From: Alphaproteobacteria bacterium
Lineage (GTDB): Bacteria > Pseudomonadota > Alphaproteobacteria > UBA828
Reading direction: 5' to 3'
Assembly: GCA_963422645.2 (NCBI GenBank)
Contig: CAXXVO010000009.1
Coordinates: forward strand, 32,001-96,000
Length of the DNA: 64,000 bases
Positions 1 to 14,220 of this stretch are shown here, piece by piece (positions within the stretch are counted from its first letter, which is position 1; each line of letters begins with the position of its first letter). The notes under the pieces were generated by a model. It made no database searches, was not told the origin of the DNA, and saw nothing but the letters and a program-made list of their open reading frames with translations. The position numbers and the translations under genes were made by a program.

Positions 1-253
1 CGACGATGCCGCGGAAGGTCGGGTGGTCCGCACGCTCGGTGAGGTCGCCGCTCGGGCGGCCGAAAGCGGCGGACGCGGCGGCCTTGCCCTGGCTGCCGTA
101 GACGGCGGCCCATATGGCGCCGTCCATGCGTTGAAACGAGACCAGCTTTCCGCCCGCATCGCAAACCGCGACGCAGACCAGGATATCGATGCTCCGCGCG
201 TGCCTCATCGCGCCGTCGGCGATTTGGTTGGCTTCATCGAGCGTTAGCGTCAT
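1..253 (-). CDS. GlcG/HbpS family heme-binding protein (partial, runs off window start)
   Basis: Manual translation from ATG 253: MTLTLDEANQIADGAMRHARSIDILVCVAVCDAGGKLVSFQRMDGA...GKAAASAAFGRPS, typical GlcG-family pattern; not in ORF track. Confidence 0.8.
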   Translation of the reverse strand, partial: MTLTLDEANQIADGAMRHARSIDILVCVAVCDAGGKLVSFQRMDGAIWAAVYGSQGKAAASAAFGRPSGDLTERADHPTFRGIV

Positions 254-292
254 GGCAGTTCTCCCCTTTTTCGGCGGGCGTCGGAGGCGCCC

Positions 293-3937
<3,645 letters not shown>

Positions 3938-3984
3938 GTCGCGATACTCCTGCTATCGAAAGAACGGTGACTGGGCTTCCGCTC

Positions 3985-4764
3985 TCAGTCCACCAGAGCG
4001 ATCTCGTCGCCGGCCTTGACCGGCCCTTCCTTGATGACCGCCGCGTAAACGCCTGCGAAGCCATCGCGCGTGCGGTTGACGTGCTTGAGCAGCGCGGGCG
4101 TGGTCTCGGCGGTCTCGGGGTGGATGGTGATGAACTTGCAGCGGGGGTCGCGCTCCACCACCATCAGCTCGACTGCGTCGCCCACCCTGACCCTACGGCC
4201 CACCAGCTCGTCCTCGTAGAAACCGCCATGCTCCGCCCAGTCGACGTAGAAGTTGGCGCGGAATTGCAGCTTGTGGAGATCGATGCCGGTCTCCTCGGCG
4301 AGCTGGCCCACGGTCTGGAGCGAGAAGAGCGTGACCGGCCGGCAATCGACCAGGCTGCGCTGAGTGAAGCGCAGCGAGAGCGCGCCCTTGGACCTGTCCT
4401 TCAACCCGTACAGGAAGGCCGGGTCCTCGATGTCCACGACCGAGCCGTCGGGGCGCTCGACCGCGACGGCGAAGGCCTCGGCCTCAGGGAAGGGCGCGTG
4501 GACATTGGCGGGATGGCCCATCGCCTCTTTCATGTTGTCGGGCTTGAGCGTGCCGTCGCGCTCCTTGAAGCGCGCCTGGTAGAGCACTAGGTTCTCCTGC
4601 TCCCGCGCAGTGTGCCAGGGGAACGACGCGGGCGCGGCGGTGGACGCGATCGCATAGACCCGATCGCCCATCAGCCCGGTGAAGGCCACGAAGATCTCGT
4701 CGACCTCCTCGCCCCGCATGCTTTTCACCGGATAGCGCCAGATGCTCTCCACCCTGCCCAACAT
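3985..4764 (-). CDS. MOSC domain protein
   Basis: IWRYPVKSM N-terminus, GDR, FRANFYVD, RC motif; start set at MLGRV (ATG 4764). Confidence 0.88.
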   Translation of the reverse strand: MLGRVESIWRYPVKSMRGEEVDEIFVAFTGLMGDRVYAIASTAAPASFPWHTAREQENLVLYQARFKERDGTLKPDNMKEAMGHPANVHAPFPEAEAFAVAVERPDGSVVDIEDPAFLYGLKDRSKGALSLRFTQRSLVDCRPVTLFSLQTVGQLAEETGIDLHKLQFRANFYVDWAEHGGFYEDELVGRRVRVGDAVELMVVERDPRCKFITIHPETAETTPALLKHVNRTRDGFAGVYAAVIKEGPVKAGDEIALVD

Positions 4765-5228
4765 TGCTCCGTCCTTTCCCGTTCTCGCGACCGCTGCCGG
4801 CCGTCCCCAACGGCCTTGTGTACACCATTGTAGGGGGACGAAAGTCATTGCGAATCCGGAAGATGCCGGGAAGAAGGCGGAAGAGGGCGGACGGTCAAGG
4901 GGTTGGCGGCGTTTCCGGGGTCTGGCGGGCCGGACGAAAGTCTTTGCGAATCCGGCCCGGAAAGGGCCGTGAATTGGCTGGAAACGGTGATTTTCGGGGC
5001 GTTTCAGGGGTGCTGAAAGGCCTGTATGTCAATCGGCTTTCAATACTGACCCCCGATCGGCGTGCAAAATTGACCCCCCTGAGTGGCACGGCGGAGGTTG
5101 TCCCGGTAGCCAATAGGGGGGACCCGCGCGGCTTCGTGTGGCGCCCTGCGCTACGCGGAGCGAAGCCGCGTGGGGGGTCCCTGTTGGCCCACCGGGGCAA
5201 CCGGGCCGCAAGGGAGGCCGGCGGCGGG

Positions 5229-5957
5229 TCAGGAGCGGTTCTTGAAGCGCCAGCTCTCGTTGCCGGTCTCGATGATCTCGCAATGATGGGTGAGGCGATC
5301 GAGCAGCGCTGTGGTCATCTTGGGGTCGCCGAAGACGGATGGCCATTCGCCGAAGGCGAGGTTTGTGGTGATGACGATCGAGGTGCGCTCGTAGAGCCGG
5401 CTCATCAGATGGAAGAGCAGCTGCCCACCGGCCTGGGCGAAGGGCAGGTAGCCGAGCTCGTCGAGGATGACGAAGTCGCGGCGGACGAGCTGGTCTGCAG
5501 TGCGGCCCTGGCGTCCGGCGCGAAGCTCGGCCTCGAGGAGGTTGACCAGGTCGACGACGTTGTAGCACCGGCCGCGCGCGCCCTTGCGGATGCAGGACCG
5601 CGCGATGGCGACGGCGAGATGGGTCTTGCCGGTACCGGTGCCGCCGACCAGCACGATGTTGCGTTTGCCCTCGAGGAAGCCGCCGCCGGCGAGCTCCTGG
5701 ATCAGGGGCTCGTTGACCGGCGAGGCGGCGAAGTCGAAGTCGGCCAGCTCCTTGACCGTCGGCAGCTTGGCGGAGGCCATCTGGTACTTGATCGAGCGGG
5801 CCCTCTTGTCGGCGATCTCGACCTGCAGCAGCGTACCGATGATCTGTTGCACCGGATGGCGGCGCTTGAGCCCGTCGGCAAGGATGTCGTCGTAAGCGGC
5901 GCGCATACCTGCGAGCTTCAGCTGGGTCATCATCTCCAGCACATCATGACGCTCCAT
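5229..5957 (-). CDS. istB: IS21 helper AAA+ ATPase IstB
   Basis: Walker A GGTGTGKT, Walker [24 protein letters not shown]. Confidence 0.95.
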   Translation of the reverse strand: MERHDVLEMMTQLKLAGMRAAYDDILADGLKRRHPVQQIIGTLLQVEIADKRARSIKYQMASAKLPTVKELADFDFAASPVNEPLIQELAGGGFLEGKRNIVLVGGTGTGKTHLAVAIARSCIRKGARGRCYNVVDLVNLLEAELRAGRQGRTADQLVRRDFVILDELGYLPFAQAGGQLLFHLMSRLYERTSIVITTNLAFGEWPSVFGDPKMTTALLDRLTHHCEIIETGNESWRFKNRS

Positions 5958-7458
5958 GACCGGCCTCCCTCAGGCTGTCGTAGCGCTGACAGTCGGCTAC
6001 CGGCTTGTGGCGAAGCTGCAGGCCCTCGGGCGTCGGGATGATTGCCGGCGGTGCCGGCTGGCGCTGCCGGGCGAGGATGTTGAGCACCACGTCGGCGCTG
6101 CAGGCACCGCAGTCGAGCGTCTCGGCACAGGCCGCCTCAACCGCCTCCAGTCCGTCCTCCAGCACCGCCGCGAGCACCTTGACGAACTGCCGGTCGCCGT
6201 CGTCGTGGCCCGCGAGCCGGGTTCGCAGGCGGCCGAGCGCGTTGGGCAACTGCCAGTCCTTGAAGGGCGCGCCATTGCGTAGCGCGCCGGGCTTCCGCGT
6301 CAGGATCGGCACGTAATGCCACGGATCGTAGACGAACCGGCCGCGCCCGAAGCTGCGGGGGTGCTCGGCAACGGTCTCGCCGTCCTGGCGGATGACGATC
6401 CGATCGGCATAGGCCCGCACGTCCACCGGCCGGCCGACGGCGCGGGCCGCGACGCTGTACTGGTTGTTGTCGAAGCGCACCAGACAGGTCTTCGAGACCG
6501 ACACCTCGCTGGCATGGAAGCCGTCGAAGGGGCCGCGATACGCCATCAGGAAGGGCTGCTCCTCCTCGAACACCTGCCACACCGTCTTGCCCGGGATTGT
6601 CGGATGCGGATGCTTCTTGGCGTCCTCGATGCACCGATCCATCAGCCACTCGTTGATCTCGGCGTAGGAGCGGCCCCGCGGGATGGGCACGAACAGGCGG
6701 CCGCGAAGGTCACCCACCTGCTTCTCGACCTGCCCCTTCTCCCAGCCAGCCCCTGGCGTGCACGCCACAGGCTCCACCAGATGGTGCGAGCACAGCTCCT
6801 GGAAGCGGCGGTTGTAGTCCCGCTTCTTGCCCACGAAGATCGTGCTCACCGCCGTCTTCATGTTGTCGTAGATGCCCCGCCGGCAGACCCCGCCGAAGAA
6901 GCGGAAGGCACGCTCGTGCGCCTCGAAGACCATCTCCTGGCTCTCGCGGGGAAAGATCTGGACCAGATACATCCGGCTGTGGCACAGCCGCATGTGCGCC
7001 GCCTTCACCCTGGTCGTCGCGCCCGACAGACGCGCGTACTCGTGGCTCCAGTCGAACTGGTAGGCCTCGCCGGGATCGAAGATCAGCGGCACATAGGCCT
7101 GCGCCGGCGACAACAGCCGCCACCGGCGCCGCCAGGCCCTGGCATAGCGGCGAACCGCGTCATAGCCGCCCTTGTAGCCCAGCGACACAAGGTCTTCATG
7201 AATCCGCAGAAGAGACAGCCGATCCTTGCGTGCCTTCTTCTCGTTGGCCTTCAGCTGGCGCTCAAGCTCCTCCACCCACAGCCCAAGCTTCGGCATCGGC
7301 TGGATCTTGCGCTCGTAGCTGTGCGAGGTCGCATCGCCCCGCACCACCTTGCGTATCGTGTTCTTGGAAACCCTCAAATCCCGGGCGAGCTTCTTGATCG
7401 GAACGCCCTTCACCAGATGATCCCGACGGATCTTCGCGATCGTTTCCACAACCAGCAT
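5944..7458 (-). CDS. istA: IS21 DDE transposase IstA
   Basis: N-terminal [27 protein letters not shown]. Confidence 0.95.
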   Translation of the reverse strand: MLVVETIAKIRRDHLVKGVPIKKLARDLRVSKNTIRKVVRGDATSHSYERKIQPMPKLGLWVEELERQLKANEKKARKDRLSLLRIHEDLVSLGYKGGYDAVRRYARAWRRRWRLLSPAQAYVPLIFDPGEAYQFDWSHEYARLSGATTRVKAAHMRLCHSRMYLVQIFPRESQEMVFEAHERAFRFFGGVCRRGIYDNMKTAVSTIFVGKKRDYNRRFQELCSHHLVEPVACTPGAGWEKGQVEKQVGDLRGRLFVPIPRGRSYAEINEWLMDRCIEDAKKHPHPTIPGKTVWQVFEEEQPFLMAYRGPFDGFHASEVSVSKTCLVRFDNNQYSVAARAVGRPVDVRAYADRIVIRQDGETVAEHPRSFGRGRFVYDPWHYVPILTRKPGALRNGAPFKDWQLPNALGRLRTRLAGHDDGDRQFVKVLAAVLEDGLEAVEAACAETLDCGACSADVVLNILARQRQPAPPAIIPTPEGLQLRHKPVADCQRYDSLREAGHGAS

Positions 7459-7872
7459 CTCCCCCACCACCCCGTCCGTCCAAACGACGAGGTGTGTTCA
7501 TGGACACAAATCCAAGGGGGTCAATTTTGGACGCCGATCACCCCCAATAGGGGGTCACTTTTCCACGCTTAACAACACGCTCCTTCACGGCCCATGCACA
7601 GGCCGGTTTTTCCAGCCCGATTCAGCCCCGAAAACCAGACGATTTTCCAGGCCATTCGCAAAGACTTCCGGCCGCGATTCGCAAAGACTTTCGGCCGGCT
7701 ACAACCATTATCGGACCTTCTTCCGGAATGAAGAGAGATGAAGAGGGATGATGCGGGATAAAGCAGGAATCCTGGGGCTATCGAACAGCCTCGCTGAGCG
7801 AAGCGGCCGCGAGTCCACTTGGCAGGGCGCGACCAGCACCCGAAATCTGTGACGCGGGCGCGTCGCCCGACC

Positions 7873-9174
7873 CTAACCGTTACCCGGATCGGTCGGCTTG
7901 TAGGTCAGCGCCACGCTCTTCGGCCGCCCCGGCATGCTGAGTTCCGTCACGGCCGCCGGGGTACGCGCGACGACCTCGCCGCGGCGGATCACCGCGAGCC
8001 GCGTCGCCCGCAGCCGAATCGCTTCGAGCGGGTCTGCGGCCTGCAGCACGACCATGTCGGCGTGGCAGCCGGGCTCCAGCCCGTAGCCGTCGAGGTGCAT
8101 GATCCTGGCGGGGTTCACGGTGATCGCGTCGAAGCAGGCCCGCACCTCGTCTTCCCCGAACATCGCCGTCACGTGCGAGCCCATGTGCGCGACCTCCAGC
8201 ATGTCGGCACTGCCATAGGCGTACCACGGGTCCATCACGCAATCCTGACCGAAGGCCAGTGTGATGCCGGCCTGGTTCAGCTCCGGCACACGCGTGATAC
8301 CGCGCCATTTCGGATAGCTGCCGTCGTTGTCTCCCCACACCGCGATATTGGTGAGCGGATTGGGGATCACGTCGATCTCCGACTCAGCGATAAGCGGGAT
8401 CAGCTTGCTGACAAAGTAGTTGTCCATGACGTGCATGGAGGTCAGATGCGAAGCTGCCACCCGCCCCTGCAGGCCGAGGCGGAGGGTCTCCCTGGAGAGC
8501 ATCTCGATATGGCGCGACATCGGGTCGTCGGTCTCGTCGCAATGCATGTCGACGAGCAGCCCGCGCTCCGCCGCAATCTCCAGCAGCTCGGTCACCGACG
8601 CGGTAACGTCGGCCATGGTGCGCTCGAAGTGCGGAATGCCGCCCACGACCTCGACGCCCATGTCGAGCGCACGCTGGAACAGTTTCTGCGCGTTGGGATA
8701 GCGGTAGTAGCCCTGCTGCGGGAAGGCGATGAGCTGCAGATCGATGTACTGCGCGACCCGGCGCTTGACCTCGAGCAGCGCCTCGACGCCGACCAACCTC
8801 TCATCGCAGACGTCGACATGGCTGCGAATGGCCTGGATTCCCTGGGCGATCGCCATGTCGCAATAGGTCATCGCCCGCTCGACGATCGCCTCCGGAGTCA
8901 GAAGCGGCTTCAACTCACCCCACAGCTGAATGCCTTCGAAGAGGGTGCCGGACCGGTTGGTGCGCGGCAGGCCGCGCGTCAGCGTCGCATCCATATGGAA
9001 GTGGGCATCGACAAAGGGTGGCGTGACCAGCCGGTCCGTGGCATCGATCTCCTGCCCGGCTTCGGCCTGCAGTGCCAGCTCCACAGCGACGATGAGCCCA
9101 TCCCGCACGCCGATATCCACGCCGACGCGTCCATCGGGCAGATTGGCGCCGCGCACGATCAAGTCCATCGTCAT
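7873..9174 (-). CDS. Cytosine deaminase-like amidohydrolase
   Basis: DAHFHMD, AFPQ, GGIPHFE, DMHCDE, GQDCVMDPWY. Confidence 0.87.
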   Translation of the reverse strand: MTMDLIVRGANLPDGRVGVDIGVRDGLIVAVELALQAEAGQEIDATDRLVTPPFVDAHFHMDATLTRGLPRTNRSGTLFEGIQLWGELKPLLTPEAIVERAMTYCDMAIAQGIQAIRSHVDVCDERLVGVEALLEVKRRVAQYIDLQLIAFPQQGYYRYPNAQKLFQRALDMGVEVVGGIPHFERTMADVTASVTELLEIAAERGLLVDMHCDETDDPMSRHIEMLSRETLRLGLQGRVAASHLTSMHVMDNYFVSKLIPLIAESEIDVIPNPLTNIAVWGDNDGSYPKWRGITRVPELNQAGITLAFGQDCVMDPWYAYGSADMLEVAHMGSHVTAMFGEDEVRACFDAITVNPARIMHLDGYGLEPGCHADMVVLQAADPLEAIRLRATRLAVIRRGEVVARTPAAVTELSMPGRPKSVALTYKPTDPGNG

Positions 9175-9175
9175 G

Positions 9176-10660
9176 TCATCTCTCCCCTTTCTGATCCGCC
9201 CACGGATCTTCCACCCGCGGCCAGTAGGGCTTTGCCAGCTTGGTGTAGGGAATCGCCGCGAAGTCGGGCGCGATGGCGCCGGGCGCCGCAACGTAGAGTA
9301 TATTCTTCGCGATCGGGGCGAAGCCGGCGTGAAAGTGCTGAGTGGATTTCACCACCACGATCTTCTTGCCCGCCGGATCGAGTCCCACGGCGTCGAAAGC
9401 GTCGGGATGGAAGACCTGCGTGCGCACCGTGTTGAGCACGAGGTCGAGGCCCCCTTCCGCGCGCACCCACACTGCATCGCCGATCCTGTTGCGGGCCGCG
9501 CCGAAAGTCTGCGCGGCGCCGGTGACGATTCGTTCGACCGTCACCGCAAGGTCCACCGGATCGCCCGAGTCCGGGCCGCACTTGCCGCCGATGCGGAGCC
9601 GTAGCGAGGCCCCCTCCCCAGCTTCCATGCAGAAGCGCACCGCCACCGGGTCCCAGTAGAGCCCGCTCGCCGCGTCGCCGACGCCGCGCGCGATCAGGCG
9701 CTCCAGGATGAAGGTTGAATCGCTGGGCGCACCGCCGCCGGCGTTATCCGAGACATCCGCCAGCACCACCGGCCCGCCGTCGACCGCCAACGCCCGGTCG
9801 ATGGCGTCGTCGATGCCGACAGCCGTGGGCCGCGTCTCCTCGCGCATCGCCCAGAGCCGGGCGCCGAGATCGGCAGCCAGCGCCGCCGCCTTACCCTCAT
9901 CGCCGTCGGCCACCACCAGGGTCTTGGCGCCTACCTCCACAACATCGCCCCAAGGAAAGCCGTGTCCGAATGATGCGGCAAGGATTCCGTCGCTCCCCTC
10001 GCGCGCCTTCATGTCGTTGACGAAGGTCCGCATCGGCTCATCCGTGGTGCGCCACATGCTGATCATGCGGCAGTCGTGGGCGGCCATCACCGGCCGAGAG
10101 CGCCCGTGGGCCGCGTCGTGGCAGAGCCGGAACAGGTCATCCGCCCGCTCGCCGATGTCGATGTGGGGATACTCCTTGTAGGTGATGAGCGCCGTCGCCG
10201 CCTCCAGCATCAGCGGCGTGATGTGGCAATGCAGGTCGAGCTCGCCGCCGATCACCGCGTCCGAGCCGACGACCGCGCGCAGCCTGGCCAGCAGGTCGCC
10301 CTCGCAGTCGTCGTAGTCCTCCGCCACCATCGCGCCGTGCATGTTGACCAGCACGAGGTCGAGCGGGAGCGCGGCCTCGGCCTGCTCAAGGATGCGATCA
10401 CGATAGCCCTCGTAGACGCGGCGGATCGTCCGCCCCGCCGGCTGGGCGAAGGCACAGAGCCCTTCGATGACCTCGTGCCCCTCCGCCTCGGCGCGCTCAC
10501 GCCAGATGTGCAGGGGCAGGCTGAAGGGATTTGGCGCATGGCGCGTCGCATCGCCGTCGAAGACGGCCGTGTCCCGATACGTCTGCTCGCCCGTCGGCAG
10601 CGACGAGAAGGTGTTGGTCTCGGTCCCGAGACACGCAATGAAGACCCGCATAATCGCCAT
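9176..10660 (-). CDS. M81 family metallopeptidase (MlrC-like)
   Basis: ETNTFS, MHGAMV, DLHCH, YPHID, DNAGGGA, VVKSTQHF. Confidence 0.88.
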   Translation of the reverse strand: MAIMRVFIACLGTETNTFSSLPTGEQTYRDTAVFDGDATRHAPNPFSLPLHIWRERAEAEGHEVIEGLCAFAQPAGRTIRRVYEGYRDRILEQAEAALPLDLVLVNMHGAMVAEDYDDCEGDLLARLRAVVGSDAVIGGELDLHCHITPLMLEAATALITYKEYPHIDIGERADDLFRLCHDAAHGRSRPVMAAHDCRMISMWRTTDEPMRTFVNDMKAREGSDGILAASFGHGFPWGDVVEVGAKTLVVADGDEGKAAALAADLGARLWAMREETRPTAVGIDDAIDRALAVDGGPVVLADVSDNAGGGAPSDSTFILERLIARGVGDAASGLYWDPVAVRFCMEAGEGASLRLRIGGKCGPDSGDPVDLAVTVERIVTGAAQTFGAARNRIGDAVWVRAEGGLDLVLNTVRTQVFHPDAFDAVGLDPAGKKIVVVKSTQHFHAGFAPIAKNILYVAAPGAIAPDFAAIPYTKLAKPYWPRVEDPWADQKGER

Positions 10661-10912
10661 CCCTCCACGATCGTCTGCGCGGCGAGGCCCTTGCCCTTCG
10701 ACGCCGGAACCCGCCCCGCGCGGGGAGGCTAACCCGCGCGGCTCGAACCCTCCAGGCGCGAGGCGCGGCCGCCACGGTCTCGCTCATGATCGGCGAGCGG
10801 CCAAGTCCAATGCCGGTTTGCAGTACCATTGCTCATTCGACTAGCCTTCGCCTTCCGCTCGCGTATCCGGCTTCGAGAACTCGGGGCTGAGGCCTGACCG
10901 AGTCCGCAGGCC

Positions 10913-12724
10913 TTACGAAGGGGTTGGCAAGCGCCATATGGAACTTCTCGCGGGCGTCGTAGGCGGGCTTGGCCTGTTCATCGTCGGGATGTGGCTCCTG
11001 ACGGAGAACCTCAAGAAGCTCGCGAGCCGGCGGCTGCGCCAGATTGCGCATGGCTGGACCGGAAACCCGTTTGGACGCCCTGAACGCAAAAGGCAACCTT
11101 CGCCTTCGGTGCTGTGGTTGCCGGGTTTCGACGGGTCTGGACCGCCGCCTGGCGATCCCGAGATTGGGATTGAATGGCGAATGGTGATTTTGTCCTCGGT
11201 GACCAACACCTCCTTCACGATGAGCCGGACGATGCGCTGCCGTTCGGCGATGTCCAGGGTTTCGGCGGACGAGTGCAGCCGCGCCAGAAAGCCGGTCAGC
11301 GTCTCGGCGAGCCGGAGATAGGTCTCGCGATCCTTCGCCCGATCGACGGTGGATTGCAGTTCGCGATTCAGAGCCTGATCCTGACGACGGAGCTCGGACG
11401 TTCTGTCGCGCAGTTCATCGATTGTAATCAACTCCTCCTGATAGGCGTTGACCAGGCGGTCGATGCTTTTTCGGACCCGGATCAGACGGTGCCGCAGGTC
11501 GTTCTCGCGCTGCTGGTTTGGATCGGAAGCGCGGGCCGCCTGTAGTCGCCGGTCGATCTCGGCGCCGATCAGTGCTGGATCCTCGAGCAGGCGGACCACT
11601 TCGCCCCAGACGACGTCATCGAGCAAGTCCTGGCGCACCGGCCGACTGTCGCACACCGGTCCGTTGAGATGGCGCCAAGAGTCAGAACCCAGGCAGCGAT
11701 AATAGGAGATCTTGCGGGCACTCGTCTGGGCCGATGTGCGAGACAGCGCGTAGCCGCATTTGCCGCACGAGACCAGTCCCTGGAGCACGCTGGGCGTCTT
11801 CGTGCGACGCGGCGCGTGGATCTTGTTCATCTCCAGCCGCTCTTCGGCCAGGGCGAAGGTCTCTTCGCTGACGATCGCCGGCACCGGGATCTCGATCCAC
11901 TCCTCACGCGGTTTTTCGTGACCGCCGGTCGTGCCGCTGGCCACGCCGCGGCGCAGGCGCAGAGGACGTGTCACACATTTACGCGGCATCTGGCGGGTCT
12001 TGCCGAAACAGGCTTTCCCCTTGTACGCCGGATTGCGGAGCATCGCCCACACCGTCGAGCGTTCCCAGCGCGAGCGCCCGGTGGAGGTGGGTACCGCGCG
12101 CTCATTGAGCCTGCAGGTGATCGCGCCGATGCTCATGTGATCGCAGGTGTAGCAGCGGTAAACCTCGCGAACCACCGACGCCTGCGGCTCGACGATTTCG
12201 TAGAACGCATCGCTGTCCGGGGTTTTCTTGTGGTAGCGGTAGCCATAGGGCGCGCCGCCGAGGACGGCGATTTCGCCGCGTCGCGCCCGATGTCGCTTGC
12301 CGCGCCGGGAACGCTCCAGGATTTGCGCGCGCTCGTATTCCGCAATCATGCCCTGGAACTGGACGAGCAGATGATCTTCCGGGGTTTCCATCGACGGCGC
12401 TCTCAAGAACACGGTCTCGACGCCCTGACGGGCCAGCTCCTCGATGATCAGAACCTGGTAGGCATAGCGCCGGCTCATACGGTCCGGGGCATGGACCAGC
12501 ACCGTGTCGATGCGCCCTTCCGCGGCGAGATCCCTGACCCGCTCGAGCCCCGGGCGTTCGAGAACGGCGCCGGTATAGCCGTCATCTTCAATGATCATGT
12601 CGGGCGCGACGCTGTAACCGTGGTCCTCGGCGTAGGCGATCAGGGCCTCGGTCTGGCTCGCTATCGTGTTGTCATCTCTCTGCCGCTCGCCGGAGACCCG
12701 CGCGTAAATGGCTGCGATCTTCAT
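10913..12724 (-). CDS. Large serine recombinase (resolvase, recombinase, Zn-ribbon, coiled coil); reads through the element end
   Basis: IYARVS catalytic serine, DRMSR, GGAPYGY, NPAYKG, CGKC..YYRC..C; element-encoded part ends LLRSGR at about 11074, stop lies in flanking DNA. Confidence 0.92.
   Translation of the reverse strand: MKIAAIYARVSGERQRDDNTIASQTEALIAYAEDHGYSVAPDMIIEDDGYTGAVLERPGLERVRDLAAEGRIDTVLVHAPDRMSRRYAYQVLIIEELARQGVETVFLRAPSMETPEDHLLVQFQGMIAEYERAQILERSRRGKRHRARRGEIAVLGGAPYGYRYHKKTPDSDAFYEIVEPQASVVREVYRCYTCDHMSIGAITCRLNERAVPTSTGRSRWERSTVWAMLRNPAYKGKACFGKTRQMPRKCVTRPLRLRRGVASGTTGGHEKPREEWIEIPVPAIVSEETFALAEERLEMNKIHAPRRTKTPSVLQGLVSCGKCGYALSRTSAQTSARKISYYRCLGSDSWRHLNGPVCDSRPVRQDLLDDVVWGEVVRLLEDPALIGAEIDRRLQAARASDPNQQRENDLRHRLIRVRKSIDRLVNAYQEELITIDELRDRTSELRRQDQALNRELQSTVDRAKDRETYLRLAETLTGFLARLHSSAETLDIAERQRIVRLIVKEVLVTEDKITIRHSIPISGSPGGGPDPSKPGNHSTEGEGCLLRSGRPNGFPVQPCAIWRSRRLASFLRFSVRSHIPTMNRPSPPTTPARSSIWRLPTPS
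10938..11073 (+). pseudogene. 5' fragment of Na/Pi cotransporter family gene, truncated at the recombinase element end
   Basis: MELLAGVVGGLGLFIVGMWLLTENLKKLASRRLR...TGNPF resembles NptA-type N-terminus; similarity stops at the inverted repeat and the rest of the gene is absent from the window. Confidence 0.72.
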
Positions 12725-12922
12725 GGTCGTCTCCTATGTCCTGCGCTCGGACCGGGATTTGCCGTGAAACAGATTCTGGCGAGGGACGCGCGGTGACGCT
12801 CCAACCCCGAGGTCACGGCGTTGGCTGAGACCGCCAGGGTCGGCGCGGCGGAGACGAGCGGTGGACTTCCCCGATGTGGTCCGAAGCGGTCCCGCGTAGC
12901 CGGCTGACGAGATGCGGGCCGC

Positions 12923-14173
12923 TCAGGCGGCCTTGAGTTCCGCGCCTACGGGCTCGATGTAGCCGTAGCGGCGGAGCATGCGGATCCACCGAGGAGCGTT
13001 GCGCTTGACCATCAGAGCGTCGTAGTCGGCCGTGCGGTCGTAGTAGGGCCTGCCGGTCTTGAGCACCACATAGATGATGCGCAGCATCTTGTGAGCGCCG
13101 GCGACGATGGCGCGCTTGTAGCCGCGCCGGGCGGCGAGGGCGCGGTGATGAGCCTCGAACTGGCACCCCTTGGTTCGGGCCGCGCCGTGGGCACACTCGA
13201 CGAGGCAGGCGCGCAGGGTCTTGGAGCCCATGCGGGTGCGTGCGTTGCGGCGCTTGCCCCCGCTCTCGTTGTTGCCGGGGCAGAGCCCGGCCCAGGCGGC
13301 GAAGTGCTCCTTGGAGGCGAACACGCCGATGTCGGGGCCGATCTCGATGAGGATGGTCGAGGCGGCGGTGCGGTCGATGCCGGGGATGGTGGTCAGCAGA
13401 CGGAGCTGCTCCTCCCACGGTGTCATCTGCCCGTCGATCTTCCTGGTGTAGGACGCGATGCGCGCCTCAAGCGCGTCATGCTCCTCCAGCAGGTCGTTGA
13501 GCATGAAGCGGTCGTTGTCGCCCAGGCTCAGGGTGAGCGCCTCGCCGAGCCCCTCCAGCTTGTTCGCAACGTGGCTGGTGAGCGAGGCGAGGATGACCTC
13601 GCGCGCCGTCCCCTGCGCCAGGCCGTCGAGGATCTTCCGGCCGTTGACGCCGAAGACGTCGGAGAGGATGCCGCCGATGCGCGCACCGGCGCGGTCGATG
13701 ATCTTCTGCACGCGGTTGCGCACGGCGGAGCGCTGCCTGACCAGGACGCGGCGCTGGCGGCTCAGTGCGCGCAGCTCCCGGAACGGCTCAGGCGGAACGT
13801 GGGAAGGCGTGCAGAGCCCGAACTGGCACACGCAGGCCAGCCACACGCTGTCCGCCACGTCGGTCTTGCGCCCCTTCAACTGCTTCACCTGACGCGCATG
13901 CACCAGGATCGCCTCGAGCCCGGCCGCCTCCAGGGCCGCGAAGGGCGCCTGCCAGTAGACCCCGGTCCCTTCCATCACCGCAGCCTCGACGCCGTGACCG
14001 GTCAGCCACGCGACCATCTCCTCCAGACCGCTCGGCAGCGTGCCGAAGCAGCGCGTCTCCACCACCGGCTCACCCTCGCCCTCACAGAGGCGAACCGTCG
14101 CGGTGATCTCCATCTTGTGCACGTCCAGACCCGCCGCGCGCGGCCGGACGACGTGCAAGCCTTCCGTCTTCAT
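12923..14173 (-). CDS. IS110 family recombinase/transposase, copy 1
   Basis: DEDD motifs GLDVHK, MEGTG, KTDVAD; C-terminal IPGI, WAGLCPGNNESGG; AGGAGG upstream of ATG 14173. Confidence 0.95.
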   Translation of the reverse strand: MKTEGLHVVRPRAAGLDVHKMEITATVRLCEGEGEPVVETRCFGTLPSGLEEMVAWLTGHGVEAAVMEGTGVYWQAPFAALEAAGLEAILVHARQVKQLKGRKTDVADSVWLACVCQFGLCTPSHVPPEPFRELRALSRQRRVLVRQRSAVRNRVQKIIDRAGARIGGILSDVFGVNGRKILDGLAQGTAREVILASLTSHVANKLEGLGEALTLSLGDNDRFMLNDLLEEHDALEARIASYTRKIDGQMTPWEEQLRLLTTIPGIDRTAASTILIEIGPDIGVFASKEHFAAWAGLCPGNNESGGKRRNARTRMGSKTLRACLVECAHGAARTKGCQFEAHHRALAARRGYKRAIVAGAHKMLRIIYVVLKTGRPYYDRTADYDALMVKRNAPRWIRMLRRYGYIEPVGAELKAA

Positions 14174-14220
14174 CGCCTTCCTCCTCATTTGCGCTCTCGC
14201 CACGGCGGCGTACGATCACG

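Larger units (their letters stand above)
5027..7577 (-). mobile_element. IS21 family insertion sequence
   Basis: istA-istB pair; ends TGTCAATCGG...TGACCCC and (reverse complement) TGTTGTTAAGCG...TGACCCC with repeated TGACCCC motifs; no target duplication seen. Confidence 0.9.
4829..7703. mobile_element. Tn7/Tn5053/Mu-like non-autonomous transposon remnant (ends only) containing IS21
   Basis: Ends TGTAGGGGGACGAAAGTCATTGCGAATC and (reverse complement) TGTAGCCGGCCGAAAGTCTTTGCGAATC; extra AAGTCTTTGCGAAT copies at about 4935-4952 and 7654-7669; flanking 5-bp duplication ACCAT (4824-4828, 7704-7708). Confidence 0.8.

Noticed and set aside
7729-7754. Short ATGAAGAG tandem repeat outside the Tn7-like right end
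   Set aside because: Only two to three degenerate purine-rich copies; no supportable function
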